Of a stretch of 64,000 nucleotides of DNA, positions 1 through 9,933 are shown piece by piece; the stretch's first letter is position 1, and each line of letters starts with the position of its first letter. Made by a program: the position numbers and the translations under genes. The notes beneath the pieces were generated by a model, which saw only the letters and a list, made by a program, of their open reading frames with translations, ran no database searches and was not told where the DNA came from. The DNA is from an uncultured Verrucomicrobiae bacterium (GTDB taxonomy: Bacteria; Verrucomicrobiota; Verrucomicrobiia; Limisphaerales; Palsa-1400): the NCBI GenBank assembly GCA_963707025.1, contig CAVPOM010000004.1, positions 384,001 to 448,000 of the forward strand, read 5' to 3'.

Positions 1-988
1 GGGCCGTGGCGATGCGAAACAGGAAAAAGAACAGGCAGACCGGGAGGACGGGGAGGGCGGCGGCGGCCCACCAGGGCAGGCTGGCGGCCAGCCAGAGGAG
101 CGGCCAAAAGGTCGCGTTGTCAAGACTGCTGAAAAAAAACAGGAGCGGCCGGCAGGCGCGGATGGTGCGCGCCCAGCGCACTTGATGGGCCCAGGCCTGC
201 GCCCAGTTCCGCGGGGTTTCGTGGCAATCCACCACCACCGTGGAAAAAACGATCCGCCGGCCCAGGCGCGCCATCTGCCGGCCCATCTGGAAATCGTCGG
301 CCAGATAATCCGCCAGCACGGCAAAGCCGCCCATTTCGCCCAGTTGCGCCGCGCGCAGGGCCATGACCGCGCCGAGCGCAAAATCCACTTTCTGCAAAGT
401 TTGGGCCTGGGCCACCGCGCTCCAAAAATCGGCGTTGATGGCGATGGCTTCCCAGCGCATGGCCAGGCCGCCGGGATTGCTCAGCCGGTAGAGGCAGTTG
501 ACCAGTCCAATTTCCGGGTCGGCCAAGGGCGGGGTCAGGCTGGCCAGAAAATCCCCCGGCACCCGCACGTCCTCATCACTGATGATGACCAGCGGATGGC
601 GGATCAGCGGCTCCAACTGGCGCAAGGTGGAGATTTTTCCGTTGACGCCCAGAGGCGCGGGGCAGACGACCAACTGCGCGTCCGCCTGCGGAAATTCGGC
701 CAGCAACTCGCCCACCAGCGGGCAGACCGGATCCCCGGCGGAAGCGACGCCGAACAAAATCTGGGCCGGGCCGGGATAATTTTGCCCCAGCCAACTGCGC
801 AGGCAGGATTTGGTTTCCGCATCGCAACCCTTGAGCGGCTTGAGCACGGTGCAGCCGGGCAGGGCCGGGCGCGCGGCGGCGCGGTCATGCAAAGGAAAGC
901 GCGCCGCGGCCACCCAGCGCCACAAGGTCAGCCCAAAACTCAAAAAGGCGGCGCTGGCCAGAATGGGCAAGACAAAATGAAAGTTCAA
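1..988 (-). CDS. HpnI/ceramide glucosyltransferase-like glycosyltransferase (3' end outside window)
   Basis: Manual translation from TTG at 988: N-terminal TM segment, TVLKPLKG, IISDEDV (DxD), LADDF, QVRW motifs; open to the window edge. Confidence 0.8.
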   Translation of the reverse strand, partial: MNFHFVLPILASAAFLSFGLTLWRWVAAARFPLHDRAAARPALPGCTVLKPLKGCDAETKSCLRSWLGQNYPGPAQILFGVASAGDPVCPLVGELLAEFPQADAQLVVCPAPLGVNGKISTLRQLEPLIRHPLVIISDEDVRVPGDFLASLTPPLADPEIGLVNCLYRLSNPGGLAMRWEAIAINADFWSAVAQAQTLQKVDFALGAVMALRAAQLGEMGGFAVLADYLADDFQMGRQMARLGRRIVFSTVVVDCHETPRNWAQAWAHQVRWARTIRACRPLLFFFSSLDNATFWPLLWLAASLPWWAAAALPVLPVCLFFFLFRIATA

Positions 989-1008
989 AGTTGATGCTTC
1001 CGGGCCGG

Positions 1009-2226
1009 TTACAGCTCGTCCACCGAAATGACCCGCTGGATTTCTTCCAGCGTGGTGGCGCCGGAGATGGCGCGCCGCAGCCCCCGCTGCCACATGGTTT
1101 GCATCCCTTGGCTGATGGCCACATCCTGCAAGGCCCGCGTCGGCCGCTTGTCCATCACCGCATCGCGGAACAGTTGATCCACCTTGAGCAGTTCGTTGAC
1201 GGAAGTGCGCCCGGCAAAACCGGTGTTGAGGCATTGATCGCAGCCCGCCCCGCGCCGGAATTGCGCGTTTTCACGGTCGGCCAGCGGCACGTTCTTCAGG
1301 ACATGCGGCTCCGGTTCGTAGGGCTGGGCGCAATACGGGCAGTTTTTGCGGATCAACCGCACGCCCAGGACCCCGGTCACGCTGGAGGAGAGCAGAAACG
1401 GCTCGATGTTCATATTGATCAAGCGCGCGAATACCCCCGCCGTGCTCCCGCTGTGGATGGTGCTGATGACCAGATGGCCGGTCAGCCCCGCCTGCACCGC
1501 GATGTTGGCCGTTTCCGGGTCGCGGATTTCCCCAACCATGATGACCTGCGGGTCCTGGCGCATGAGCGAGCGCAAGGCCCGGGGATAAGTAAATTCCTGC
1601 GCCAGATTCACCTGCGCCTGCGCGATCATCGGCAGGCTGAATTCCACCGGGTCTTCCACCGTGGCGATGCTGATGGACGGCCCGTGCTTCTGCACCAGCA
1701 TGTACAAGGCCGAGTAGATGGCCGTCGTCTTGCCCGAACCCGTCGGCCCGGTCAGCAGAATCAAACCGTTGGGTTTGAGGACCAGCTTGACAAACTCGCT
1801 CAAGATATCCTCTTCAAAGCCGAGCGTCGCCAGGTCGAAACTCCGGTTGCTCGGATCAAAGATGCGCACGACGATCTTTTCCCCGCGCGTCGTTGGAAAA
1901 ATGGAGATGCGTTGTTCCACCCCGCCCAACTCCGGGTCCGCCGGGGCGTGGCCTTCCTGCGGCAGGCCGGTTTGGTAAGTCACCAGGTTGCCCAGCACCT
2001 TGAACCGGCCGGAGATTTTGTCCATCAACTCCAGCGGCAGATGGACCAACTCGGTCAGCACCCCGTTGAGGCGGATGCGCACCGCCAGGGTGCTCTCCCA
2101 CGGCTCGATATGCACGTCGCTGGCCCCGGCGTTGACCGCGTCGAGCAGGATGTACTTGACCAGAGTCCCGATTTCAATGTTGGTTTCGGCGGATTCCGAT
2201 TGCAAATAGCGCAGCGTTTCGCTCAC
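1009..2226 (-). CDS. GspE/PulE/PilB family secretion ATPase
   Basis: ASDVHIEP, Walker A GPTGSGKT, TVEDPVE, MRQDPQVIMVGEIRD, TGHLVISTIH, CPYC...CDQC zinc motif. Confidence 0.92.
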   Translation of the reverse strand: MSETLRYLQSESAETNIEIGTLVKYILLDAVNAGASDVHIEPWESTLAVRIRLNGVLTELVHLPLELMDKISGRFKVLGNLVTYQTGLPQEGHAPADPELGGVEQRISIFPTTRGEKIVVRIFDPSNRSFDLATLGFEEDILSEFVKLVLKPNGLILLTGPTGSGKTTAIYSALYMLVQKHGPSISIATVEDPVEFSLPMIAQAQVNLAQEFTYPRALRSLMRQDPQVIMVGEIRDPETANIAVQAGLTGHLVISTIHSGSTAGVFARLINMNIEPFLLSSSVTGVLGVRLIRKNCPYCAQPYEPEPHVLKNVPLADRENAQFRRGAGCDQCLNTGFAGRTSVNELLKVDQLFRDAVMDKRPTRALQDVAISQGMQTMWQRGLRRAISGATTLEEIQRVISVDEL

Positions 2227-2310
2227 AGGCGGCCTGGGTTCAATCAGCGTTTTTTCAAGATTTAAGCCCTTTCGCGCCGGATGTCAGCAACATTTCGCAG
2301 TCTTCTGATG

Positions 2311-2366
2311 TGTAGTCGTGTCGAGCCGGTGGCCCGACTTCGGCGCACCGCGCCGGCTCGGCAACT
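2311..2366 (-). repeat. REP-like element, inverted homolog of 4431-4478
   Basis: GTAG foot; reverse complement shares CGGCGCGGTGCGCCGAnGTCGGGCCAnnGGCTCGACnCGAC with 4431-4478. Confidence 0.6.
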
Positions 2367-2367
2367 T

Positions 2368-3207
2368 TCAAATCACGACCCTGGCCACCTTCGCGCGGGA
2401 ATCCTCCTTTTGACACTTTGGACACCAGCAGGTGGTGCGGCCGCCGATGGTGGCCTGACGGAGCGGGGCGCCGTCCTTGGGACAGCCTCCGCCCCGTTTC
2501 CAGCGGCGGTCGAAGAGCCAGGCGCGCGGCAGGTCGCCGTAATCCATCCCCACCGTGCGCAGGGCGGTGCGGCAAACGGATTTGACGGTGCGATGGAGTT
2601 TTCTGCTTTCCGCGCGGCGCAGCTTGCCCGCGGGGCGGAGCGGGTGAAGGCCCGCCTGCCAGAGGATTTCGTCGGCCATCCAGTTGCCAATGCCGGGAAA
2701 ACCAGCCTGCAACAGCAACACCGCCTTGAGCGGGGCGGCGCGGTGGCGGCGGAGGAATCTTTCCATGACGGGTAGTGAAAACCCGCCGGTCAGCAGGGCG
2801 GGGGGCAGCCGCCGCCACCACGGCGGCGCGGCGGCCCCGCGGTGAAGCCGCACCCGGCCAAATTGGCGCGGATCGCTGAAAACCAGACTCTGTTGGGCGA
2901 GGCGCAAGACCAGGTGGTCGTGCCGGCCGGGAGAAAATGGGGCGGGGCGGGAAGGGACGGCCTGGAGTTCGCCCGTCATGCCGAGGTGAATTCCCACCCA
3001 GGTCTTTTTGGAAAAGCGGAAGAGCATTTGTTTGCCGTGCGCTTGCGATGCCACCAGGCGGGCGCCGGTCAGTGCCCGGCGGAGGGCCGCCGGGTTGATC
3101 CCGCGAAATATTCTTTTCCCGGCATGAAGATGGACGGCCACGATTGTTTGCTTTCGTCCCGCGTCCCATTGTTTGCGGTAGTATTCAACTTCGGCCAGTT
3201 CGGGCAT
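2368..3207 (-). CDS. mutM: Fpg/Nei family DNA glycosylase (formamidopyrimidine-DNA glycosylase)
   Basis: N-terminal MPELAEVE, HLGMTG, DPRQFG, GIGNWMADEILW (H2TH), C-terminal zinc finger CPKD...CPKCQ. Confidence 0.9.
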   Translation of the reverse strand: MPELAEVEYYRKQWDAGRKQTIVAVHLHAGKRIFRGINPAALRRALTGARLVASQAHGKQMLFRFSKKTWVGIHLGMTGELQAVPSRPAPFSPGRHDHLVLRLAQQSLVFSDPRQFGRVRLHRGAAAPPWWRRLPPALLTGGFSLPVMERFLRRHRAAPLKAVLLLQAGFPGIGNWMADEILWQAGLHPLRPAGKLRRAESRKLHRTVKSVCRTALRTVGMDYGDLPRAWLFDRRWKRGGGCPKDGAPLRQATIGGRTTCWCPKCQKEDSRAKVARVVI

Positions 3208-3309
3208 CCCGCAAGCCTAATTCCCCGCGCCGCATCTGGCAACCCCGACCGCCTTTTCCGCCTCCTTTTCCATTTCGCATTTTGCCTTTTGCGTTTATCA
3301 TTCTTGCTC

Positions 3310-3996
3310 ATGGTCACAGATCAGGCACAGCGCCATTACCTCGGCGAGGCCGGCCACCGCTACCACCGGGACAAGCGCGCCATCCCGGAGCGGGCCATTC
3401 CCTGGGTGGCCCGGTTGCGCGCCGAAAAACTGGCCGCGCATCTCCGCCCGTCCGACGTGGTTTTGGAATACGGCGCCGGTTTGGGCTGGAATCTGGCGCG
3501 CCTGCAATGTCGGCGCAAGCTGGCCTTCGATCTGGCTGATTTTCTCGCCCCCTCCATCCGCGCCGCGGGCGTCGAGTTTGTCCCCGACACAACCTCCCTG
3601 CCCGGCGCCACGGTGGACGCCGTCCTTTGCCATCACGCTCTGGAGCATGTCATGCAGCCGGCGGCGGCGTTGCAGGAAATCGCGCGGCTGTTGCGGACGG
3701 ACGGAAAACTGCTGCTGTTCGCGCCCTTTGAGCGGGAAAGGAAGTACCGGCGGTTTGACCCGGTCGAACCCAATCATCATCTCTATTCCTGGAACGTGCA
3801 GACCCTGGGCAATCTGGTGGAGGAATCGGGCTTCCGCGTCACCGCCGCCGCGACCGGGCCATTCGGCTACGACCGTTTTGCGGCGGTCTGGGCGGAAAAG
3901 CTGCGCCTGGGCGAGGGCGGCTTTCGCGCCTTGCGCCGGCTCCTCCTTGTGCTCAAACCGGCGCGGGAAGTCCGCCTCGTGGCAGCGCGCCCATGA
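3310..3996 (+). CDS. Class I SAM-dependent methyltransferase
   Basis: VLEYGAGLG motif I, HHALEHV, LRTDGKLLL; ATG at 3310 chosen. Confidence 0.8.
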   Translation: MVTDQAQRHYLGEAGHRYHRDKRAIPERAIPWVARLRAEKLAAHLRPSDVVLEYGAGLGWNLARLQCRRKLAFDLADFLAPSIRAAGVEFVPDTTSLPGATVDAVLCHHALEHVMQPAAALQEIARLLRTDGKLLLFAPFERERKYRRFDPVEPNHHLYSWNVQTLGNLVEESGFRVTAAATGPFGYDRFAAVWAEKLRLGEGGFRALRRLLLVLKPAREVRLVAARP

Positions 3997-4009
3997 ACGG
4001 AATTATCCA

Positions 4010-4423
4010 ATGAATTACTGGCTGCTGAAACAGGAACCGGAGTCCTATGCCTGGGCCAACTTTGTCAAGGAGGGCAAAACCTCCTGGACGGGCGTGCGCA
4101 ATTTCCAGGCGCGCAATAATCTGCGGGCCATGCGGCAGGGCGATCTGGCCTGCTTTTACCAGAGCGGGAGCGGCAAACAAATTGTCGGCCTGGCGCGCGT
4201 GGCCAGGGAGGCTTTGCCCGATCCGACCGCGAGGGAAGGAGACTGGGTTTGCGTCGAGCTTGTCCCGGTCAAGCCGCTGGCCAAACCCGTCGCCTTGGCC
4301 GCGATCAAAGCCGACCGCATTCTAAATGGCATGGCCCTGGTCCGCAATTCGCGCCTTTCCGTCTCGCCCGTGACGGCCGTCCAATTTCACCGCCTGCTGG
4401 AACTGGCCGCGACGAAGTTGTAA
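4010..4423 (+). CDS. EVE domain protein
   Basis: MNYWLLKQEP, WTGVRNFQARNNLRAM, RLSVSPV signature. Confidence 0.9.
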   Translation: MNYWLLKQEPESYAWANFVKEGKTSWTGVRNFQARNNLRAMRQGDLACFYQSGSGKQIVGLARVAREALPDPTAREGDWVCVELVPVKPLAKPVALAAIKADRILNGMALVRNSRLSVSPVTAVQFHRLLELAATKL

Positions 4424-4430
4424 AATGCCG

Positions 4431-4478
4431 GTCGTATCGGCGCGGTGCGCCGATGTCGGGCCATAGGCTCGACGCGAC
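4431..4478 (+). repeat. REP-like element, homolog of 2311-2366
   Basis: Hairpin ATCGGCGC-GGT-GCGCCGAT; about 45 bp of similarity to the reverse complement of 2311-2366. Confidence 0.6.
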
Positions 4479-4547
4479 AAAGCAGGACACAACCCGCCTC
4501 GCTTGCCGCTTGCCGCCGCGCGGGCGGTTGTGCTTTAATCCGCCGTC

Positions 4548-5165
4548 ATGGACGTAAAAGTTAAAATCTGCGGCCTGACCAACGTGGAAGACGCCCTGGC
4601 CGCCGTCGCGGCCGGCGCCGATCTGCTCGGCTTCGTGCTTTGGGAAAAAAGCCCGCGCTGTGTCCCTGTCGAAACGGCGCGGGCCATCGCCCGGCAGTTG
4701 CCCCCCGCCACCACCCGCGTCGGCGTGTTCGTGGACGCGACGGTGGAGCAGGTCATGTTCTCGCTGCGCATTTGCGATTTCTTCGCCCTGCAATTCCACG
4801 GTCAGGAATCCCCGGCCTATTGCCGGCAGTTCGGCGTCATGACCATCAAAGCCTTTCGCCTCCGCGACGCCGCCTCCTTGCAGGCCATGTCCGGCTACAG
4901 CACCAACGCCTTTCTGCTCGACAGCCAGGTGGAGGGGCTGCCGGGCGGGACCGGGGCAACCTTCGACTGGTCCCTGGCCGTGCAGGCCAAAAAGTTTAAC
5001 CGGCCCATCTTCCTGGCCGGCGGCCTGACGCCGCAAAACGTTGCCGCCGCCGTGCGCGCCGCCCAGCCCTTTGCGGTGGATGTCTCCAGCGGGGTCGAAG
5101 CCTCGCCCGGAAAAAAGGACCACCATAAGATGCGGGACTTTGTCGCGGCTGTGCGCGCCGCCTGA
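4548..5165 (+). CDS. trpF: Phosphoribosylanthranilate isomerase
   Basis: VKICGLT, LQFHGQE, GGTGATFDW, LAGGLTPQNV, DVSSGVE. Confidence 0.95.
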   Translation: MDVKVKICGLTNVEDALAAVAAGADLLGFVLWEKSPRCVPVETARAIARQLPPATTRVGVFVDATVEQVMFSLRICDFFALQFHGQESPAYCRQFGVMTIKAFRLRDAASLQAMSGYSTNAFLLDSQVEGLPGGTGATFDWSLAVQAKKFNRPIFLAGGLTPQNVAAAVRAAQPFAVDVSSGVEASPGKKDHHKMRDFVAAVRAA

Positions 5166-5170
5166 GGCCA

Positions 5171-5794
5171 ATGCCAGAGGACAAATGCCAATTGCCGCAC
5201 GACGGGCTGGCCCGCTGCCCCTGGCCGGTGGATGCTCTTTATCGGGCCTATCATGACGCGGAGTGGGGCGTGCCGGTGCATCAGGACCGGAAGTTGTTTG
5301 AATTTCTCCTGCTGGAGGGGGCCCAGGCCGGACTGAGCTGGCATCTTATTTTGAAAAAACGGGAGAATTATCGCGCGGCTTTTGACCAGTTCGACCCGGC
5401 CCGGGTGGCGCGTTACAGCGCCTCGAAAATCGCCAGACTGCTGCGCGATCCCGGCATTGTGCGCAACCGCCTCAAGATCGCCGCCGCCGTGCAAAACGCC
5501 CGGTCCTTCCTGGCGGTGCAGGAGGAATTTGGCAGCTTCGACCACTACATCTGGCGTTTTGTCGAGGGGCGGCCGATTGTCAATCATTGGCGCCGCATGA
5601 AGGAGGTTCCCGCCCGCACCCCCGCCTCCGACGCCCTGAGCCGGGATTTGAAAGTGCGCGGTTTTAAATTTGTCGGCTCCACAATATGTTACGCCCACAT
5701 GCAGGCCACCGGCATGGTCAACGATCATCTCACCGGCTGCTTCCGCCATAAAGAATTGCGGACGCGGCCGGTTTGCGCGAAAATTCCGGCATGA
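5171..5794 (+). CDS. tag: DNA-3-methyladenine glycosylase I
   Basis: [40 protein letters not shown]. Confidence 0.95.
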   Translation: MPEDKCQLPHDGLARCPWPVDALYRAYHDAEWGVPVHQDRKLFEFLLLEGAQAGLSWHLILKKRENYRAAFDQFDPARVARYSASKIARLLRDPGIVRNRLKIAAAVQNARSFLAVQEEFGSFDHYIWRFVEGRPIVNHWRRMKEVPARTPASDALSRDLKVRGFKFVGSTICYAHMQATGMVNDHLTGCFRHKELRTRPVCAKIPA

Positions 5795-6993
5795 GTGTTG
5801 TCGCGGAAAAGAACCTGCCCGATGCCCGAGGCCGTTTCGGCCAGTACGGCGGCCGTTATGTGCCGGAGACTTTGATGTATCCGCTGCAACAACTGGAGGA
5901 GGAGTATTTTCGCGCCCAACGCGACCCGGCATTCCAAACGGAACTCAATTATTATTTGCGCCAGTTCTGCGGACGGCCCACCCCGCTTTATTTTGCCGAA
6001 CGGCTCACCCGCCAACTGGGCGGCGCGAAGATTTATCTCAAGCGCGAGGACCTGCTCCACACCGGCGCGCACAAAATCAACAATGCCATCGGCCAGGTCC
6101 TGCTCGCCCGGCGCATGGGCAAGACGCGCGTCATCGCGGAAACGGGCGCGGGCCAGCACGGCGTCGCCACCGCCACGGTCGCGGCCATGTTCGGCTTGCA
6201 ATGCGTCGTTTACATGGGGGAAGTGGACTGCGAACGCCAGGCCTTGAATGTCTTTCGCATGAAAATGCTGGGGGCGGAGGTCGTCCCGGTCACGGCGGGC
6301 CAGAAGACTTTGAAGGAGGCCGTCAATGAAGCGATGCGCGACTGGGTCACCAACGTCCGCCACACTCATTACATTCTCGGCACCGTCTATGGCGCGCACC
6401 CCTATCCGTTGATGGTGCGCAATTTTCAGCGCGTCATCGGCGACGAGGCGCGCCGGCAAATCCTCGAACAAGAGGAGCGCCTGCCTGATTTGCTGGTGGC
6501 GTGCGTGGGCGGCGGCTCCAATGCCATCGGCCTTTTTTATCCCTTCCTGGAGGATGCCGGGGTGCAAATGCTCGGCATCGAGGCGGGCGGGGAGGGGATC
6601 CTTCCCGGGAAACACGCCGCGCGATTTCAAGGCGGCTCGCTGGGCGTTTTGCAAGGGACGCGCTCCTACATTTTGCAGGATGAAAATGGCCAGGTGCAAT
6701 TGACCCACAGCGTTTCGGCCGGGCTGGATTACGCGGCGGTCGGGCCGGAGCACGCCTGGCTGCGCGAGCAAGGGCGGGTGGAATACGGCTTCGCCACCGA
6801 TCCGCAGGCGCTGGAGGCCTTCCTCCGCCTGGCCCGCCTGGAGGGGATCATCCCCGCCCTGGAATCGGCCCACGCCGTCGCCGCCGTCATCGAGCGCGCC
6901 CCGAAAATGGCGCAGGAGCAGTTGATCATCGTGAACCTTTCCGGCCGCGGCGACAAGGACGTGGCCCAAGTCGTCAACAAGATTAAACTTTAA
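5791..6993 (+). CDS. trpB: Tryptophan synthase beta chain
   Basis: [11 protein letters not shown] (PLP Lys), [33 protein letters not shown] overlap with the tag stop. Confidence 0.97.
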   Translation: MSVVAEKNLPDARGRFGQYGGRYVPETLMYPLQQLEEEYFRAQRDPAFQTELNYYLRQFCGRPTPLYFAERLTRQLGGAKIYLKREDLLHTGAHKINNAIGQVLLARRMGKTRVIAETGAGQHGVATATVAAMFGLQCVVYMGEVDCERQALNVFRMKMLGAEVVPVTAGQKTLKEAVNEAMRDWVTNVRHTHYILGTVYGAHPYPLMVRNFQRVIGDEARRQILEQEERLPDLLVACVGGGSNAIGLFYPFLEDAGVQMLGIEAGGEGILPGKHAARFQGGSLGVLQGTRSYILQDENGQVQLTHSVSAGLDYAAVGPEHAWLREQGRVEYGFATDPQALEAFLRLARLEGIIPALESAHAVAAVIERAPKMAQEQLIIVNLSGRGDKDVAQVVNKIKL

Positions 6994-7030
6994 GGCCGAA
7001 GCGTGGATGTTAGACCGGGCTATCCTTTAC

Positions 7031-7112
7031 GGTAGGGCGAGACTCCGTCGAGCCGAAACTCGATTTCTCGGGAAAAAGAAGAGGACACGGCTCGCCTGAG
7101 TCTCGCCCTCCC
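7031..7112. repeat. GTAG-type REP inverted pair
   Basis: GGTAGGGCGAGACTCCGTCGAGCCG ... CGGCTCGCCTGAGTCTCGCCCTCCC between convergent trpB and rnpB. Confidence 0.7.
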
Positions 7113-7126
7113 GGGGAAAGAATTGA

Positions 7127-7533
7127 TTTTGGAAGGGCTGTAAGCCGAATTTTGTCTGCCCCGAAAAACGGGGGAGAGAATCATTTGTCTCAGCAGCCGA
7201 TACCCGAAACCTGTCCCGCCGTGGCGGAACGTGGAGCGGGCCGCTCCGGGGTTTCCTATTTGGCCTTGCACCCGATGGGGTTTTCCGTGCCCTGCCGGTT
7301 GCCCGGCAGGCGGTAAGCTCTTACCTCACCTTTTCACCCTTGCCCCGCTCTTGCGAGCGGGGCGGTTTGCTTTTCTGTGGCACTGTCCGTCGAAATGCCT
7401 TGAAACATTCCGCCCGCGTCTATCCGGCCGCCGCTGCGCGGCGGGGTTACGCGGCATCGCGCCCTCTGGTGTTCGGACTTTCCTCCCCCGTCCCGCTTGC
7501 ACGGGGCGGAAGCGATTCTCCGCCCTTCCAAAA
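7127..7533 (-). ncRNA. rnpB: RNase P RNA (bacterial class A)
   Basis: Minus strand carries GAGGAAAGTCC near the 5' end and ACAAAATTCGGCTTA near the 3' end; terminal P1 helix TTTTGGAAGGG/CCCTTCCAAAA. Confidence 0.95.
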
Positions 7534-7541
7534 TCACCGCT

Positions 7542-7570
7542 AATATAACAGGGCAAAGGCGGGTTGACAA
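7542..7570 (-). promoter_or_regulatory. Sigma70 promoter of rnpB
   Basis: TTGTCA, 17 bp spacer, extended -10 TGnTATATT directly upstream of the P1 helix. Confidence 0.7.
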
Positions 7571-7582
7571 CTCCATCCCCGC

Positions 7583-8311
7583 TTAATCAATCGCGGCCAG
7601 GTCCATGTCGCTGCTGTAATAGAGGATGCGGCCGCAGTTGGGGCAGGTGACCAATTCGCGCTCCGCCTGGCAGGCCACCATCAGTTGCACGGGAAATTTC
7701 ATGTGGCATCCGCCGCACACGCCGTGCTGGATGCCCACCACCACGCTGCCGCCCTTCATTTTCAGAAGGCGTTCGTAACGTTGCAAGGCGTGGCCGTCCA
7801 CCGCCCCTTTGGCCTGGTCGCGATGGCTTTCCAATTCGCCCAGTTCGGCGGTGAGGATTTGCTCGCGGGCGGCCAAATCGCGGAGCTGGCCGTCGGCCAG
7901 TCTTTTCAACTCCTCCGCCTGGCGGCTGCCCGCCAGGAGCTCGCGCTGGGTCGCTTCGGCCTGTTCCATCAATTCCAACTGGGCGTCCTCCAGCTTGACG
8001 ATTTCGGCGTTGCAGGTCTGGATCTCGTGGGCCAGGGCTTTGTATTCCTCGTTCTTCTTGGTTTGAAACTGTTGCAGGGAATACCGGCCGATCTGCTGCT
8101 TTTTGGCATCCGCTTCCAGTTCCCGCTGTTTGCGTTCGCTTTCGATTTGTTTGCCGCGCGCCTTGGCGGCGTCCACGGCGGCCAGGGTGGCGGCGGTTTG
8201 CGAGCGGAGCGTCTCGCGCTCCGGCCCGAGGCGGGCCAACTGCTCCCGCACCTGCATAATTCTTCGATCCCGGTCTTGCAAAATGAGGAGTTTTTCTATA
8301 ATATCATACAT
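7583..8311 (-). CDS. Coiled-coil protein with C-terminal C4 zinc ribbon (DUF164/HP0958-like)
   Basis: Long heptad-rich region followed by CGGCH...CPNCGRILY. Confidence 0.88.
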   Translation of the reverse strand: MYDIIEKLLILQDRDRRIMQVREQLARLGPERETLRSQTAATLAAVDAAKARGKQIESERKQRELEADAKKQQIGRYSLQQFQTKKNEEYKALAHEIQTCNAEIVKLEDAQLELMEQAEATQRELLAGSRQAEELKRLADGQLRDLAAREQILTAELGELESHRDQAKGAVDGHALQRYERLLKMKGGSVVVGIQHGVCGGCHMKFPVQLMVACQAERELVTCPNCGRILYYSSDMDLAAID

Positions 8312-8433
8312 GGCATATCCGTTCGTCTGGAAAGAAAACGTTATCTGTCGCTGGAAGGCATGTCAATGGAGACGCGAGTTTTTCCGGCGTGTTCGCCGTG
8401 CAGGAACCAGTGGAAACGGGTTGCAGTGAAATT

Positions 8434-9933
8434 ATGAACCGATCCAAAGCAGCGGTTTTGTTGGCCCTTGTCGCCGCCTTCATCGCGGGGTGCATCATGC
8501 CCAACCGGAAGGCCGACCCGCCCGCCCCGGCCCCGCAGGCGGAATTGCCCGGCCTGAATGTGGCCCGCCAGCTCAATGAAGCCTTCGTCGCGGTCGCCGA
8601 AAGGGTGTCCCCTTCGGTGGTGGTGTTGGAGGTGACGGAAAAGCCGGCGCGGGGGCGGCGCGGGGGCTATCGGCCCCGTTCCATGGGCGAGGGATCGGGC
8701 ATTATTGTGACCAAGGACGGTTATATTTTGACCAACCATCACATCGTGGATAATGCCGACAAGATCAGGGTGTGGCTCAAAGATGGCCATTCCTTTGTCG
8801 CAGAGGTCAGAGGAACGGACCCCAAAACCGACATTGCCGTGGTGAAGATCAATCCGGCCGGCGTCAAATTGCAGGCCGCCACACTGGGCGATTCGGACAA
8901 ACTGCGGGTGGGTGAATTTGTCGTGGCCATCGGCCATCCGTTGGAGTTGACCTACAGCGTAACGGTGGGCCACGTCAGCGCCATTGCCCGGCAGCTTCCC
9001 ACCGATTCCTATGCCAACACCACCGACGACCAGGAATACATTCAAACCGACGCCGTGATCAATCCCGGCAACAGCGGCGGGCCGCTCATCAACCTCAACG
9101 GCGAGGTCGTTGCCGTCAACGCCATGATGGAAGGCTACACCGACCCCATTTCCGGCTTCACCCAAAACCGCGGCATCGGCCTGGCCATCCCGATCAACGA
9201 GGCCAAGGTGGTCAAGGACCGTTTGATCAGCGACGGCAAGTTCACCCGCTCCGTCATTGGCATCAGAATGGCCCCGCAATTAAGAGGCACGCTGGATGTT
9301 TTAACTCTGGAAGGCGTCGGTGAAGGCGTGCGCGTGGCCTCGCTCGCCCAGAACGGTCCCGCCGAAAAAGCCGGTTTGAAGACCAACGACCTGATCATCT
9401 CGGTGGACGGAACGCCCGTGAGAACCGCGCGGGACTTGCGCAATACTGTGGCGCTCAAAAAGCCCGGCCAAAGCATCACCGTCAGCGTGCGGCGCGACAA
9501 CGGCGCCAAACTCCTTCCCTTCAAAGTGGTTACCGAGGCGGACGCCCCCGCGGAAGAAACCCTGGTCTCCATCTCCTCAGGCCGGCCCAGCCCTCCCAGC
9601 CCTCCCAGCCAGGTGGAGCGCAGTCCGGAACAGGACTATGGTTTTTCGGCCAGGGCTTTGACCGAGGACTTGGCGGCGCGATACGGGGTCGAAAGCACCT
9701 CGGGCGTCATTATCACCGACGTGCTGCCTTTCGGCCAGGCCTTCTACCGGGAAATCGAGCCGGGCGACATCATCACCAAGATGAACAACCAGAAAATCTC
9801 CACCATCAAAGAGTTTAACCAGGTTCTCAATGCCGTCGCCCCGGGCGATCAGTTGACCATGGAGTTGAAACGCAAGGACGGCTCTGAACCGTTCAAAGTG
9901 TTGAGCGCCCCCGCGCGCGCACCCCAGCAGTGA
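8434..9933 (+). CDS. HtrA/DegP family serine protease with two PDZ domains, probable lipoprotein
   Basis: GSGII, LTNHH, TDIAV, INPGNSGGPL; lipobox-like IAGC after a hydrophobic stretch. Confidence 0.92.
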   Translation: MNRSKAAVLLALVAAFIAGCIMPNRKADPPAPAPQAELPGLNVARQLNEAFVAVAERVSPSVVVLEVTEKPARGRRGGYRPRSMGEGSGIIVTKDGYILTNHHIVDNADKIRVWLKDGHSFVAEVRGTDPKTDIAVVKINPAGVKLQAATLGDSDKLRVGEFVVAIGHPLELTYSVTVGHVSAIARQLPTDSYANTTDDQEYIQTDAVINPGNSGGPLINLNGEVVAVNAMMEGYTDPISGFTQNRGIGLAIPINEAKVVKDRLISDGKFTRSVIGIRMAPQLRGTLDVLTLEGVGEGVRVASLAQNGPAEKAGLKTNDLIISVDGTPVRTARDLRNTVALKKPGQSITVSVRRDNGAKLLPFKVVTEADAPAEETLVSISSGRPSPPSPPSQVERSPEQDYGFSARALTEDLAARYGVESTSGVIITDVLPFGQAFYREIEPGDIITKMNNQKISTIKEFNQVLNAVAPGDQLTMELKRKDGSEPFKVLSAPARAPQQ

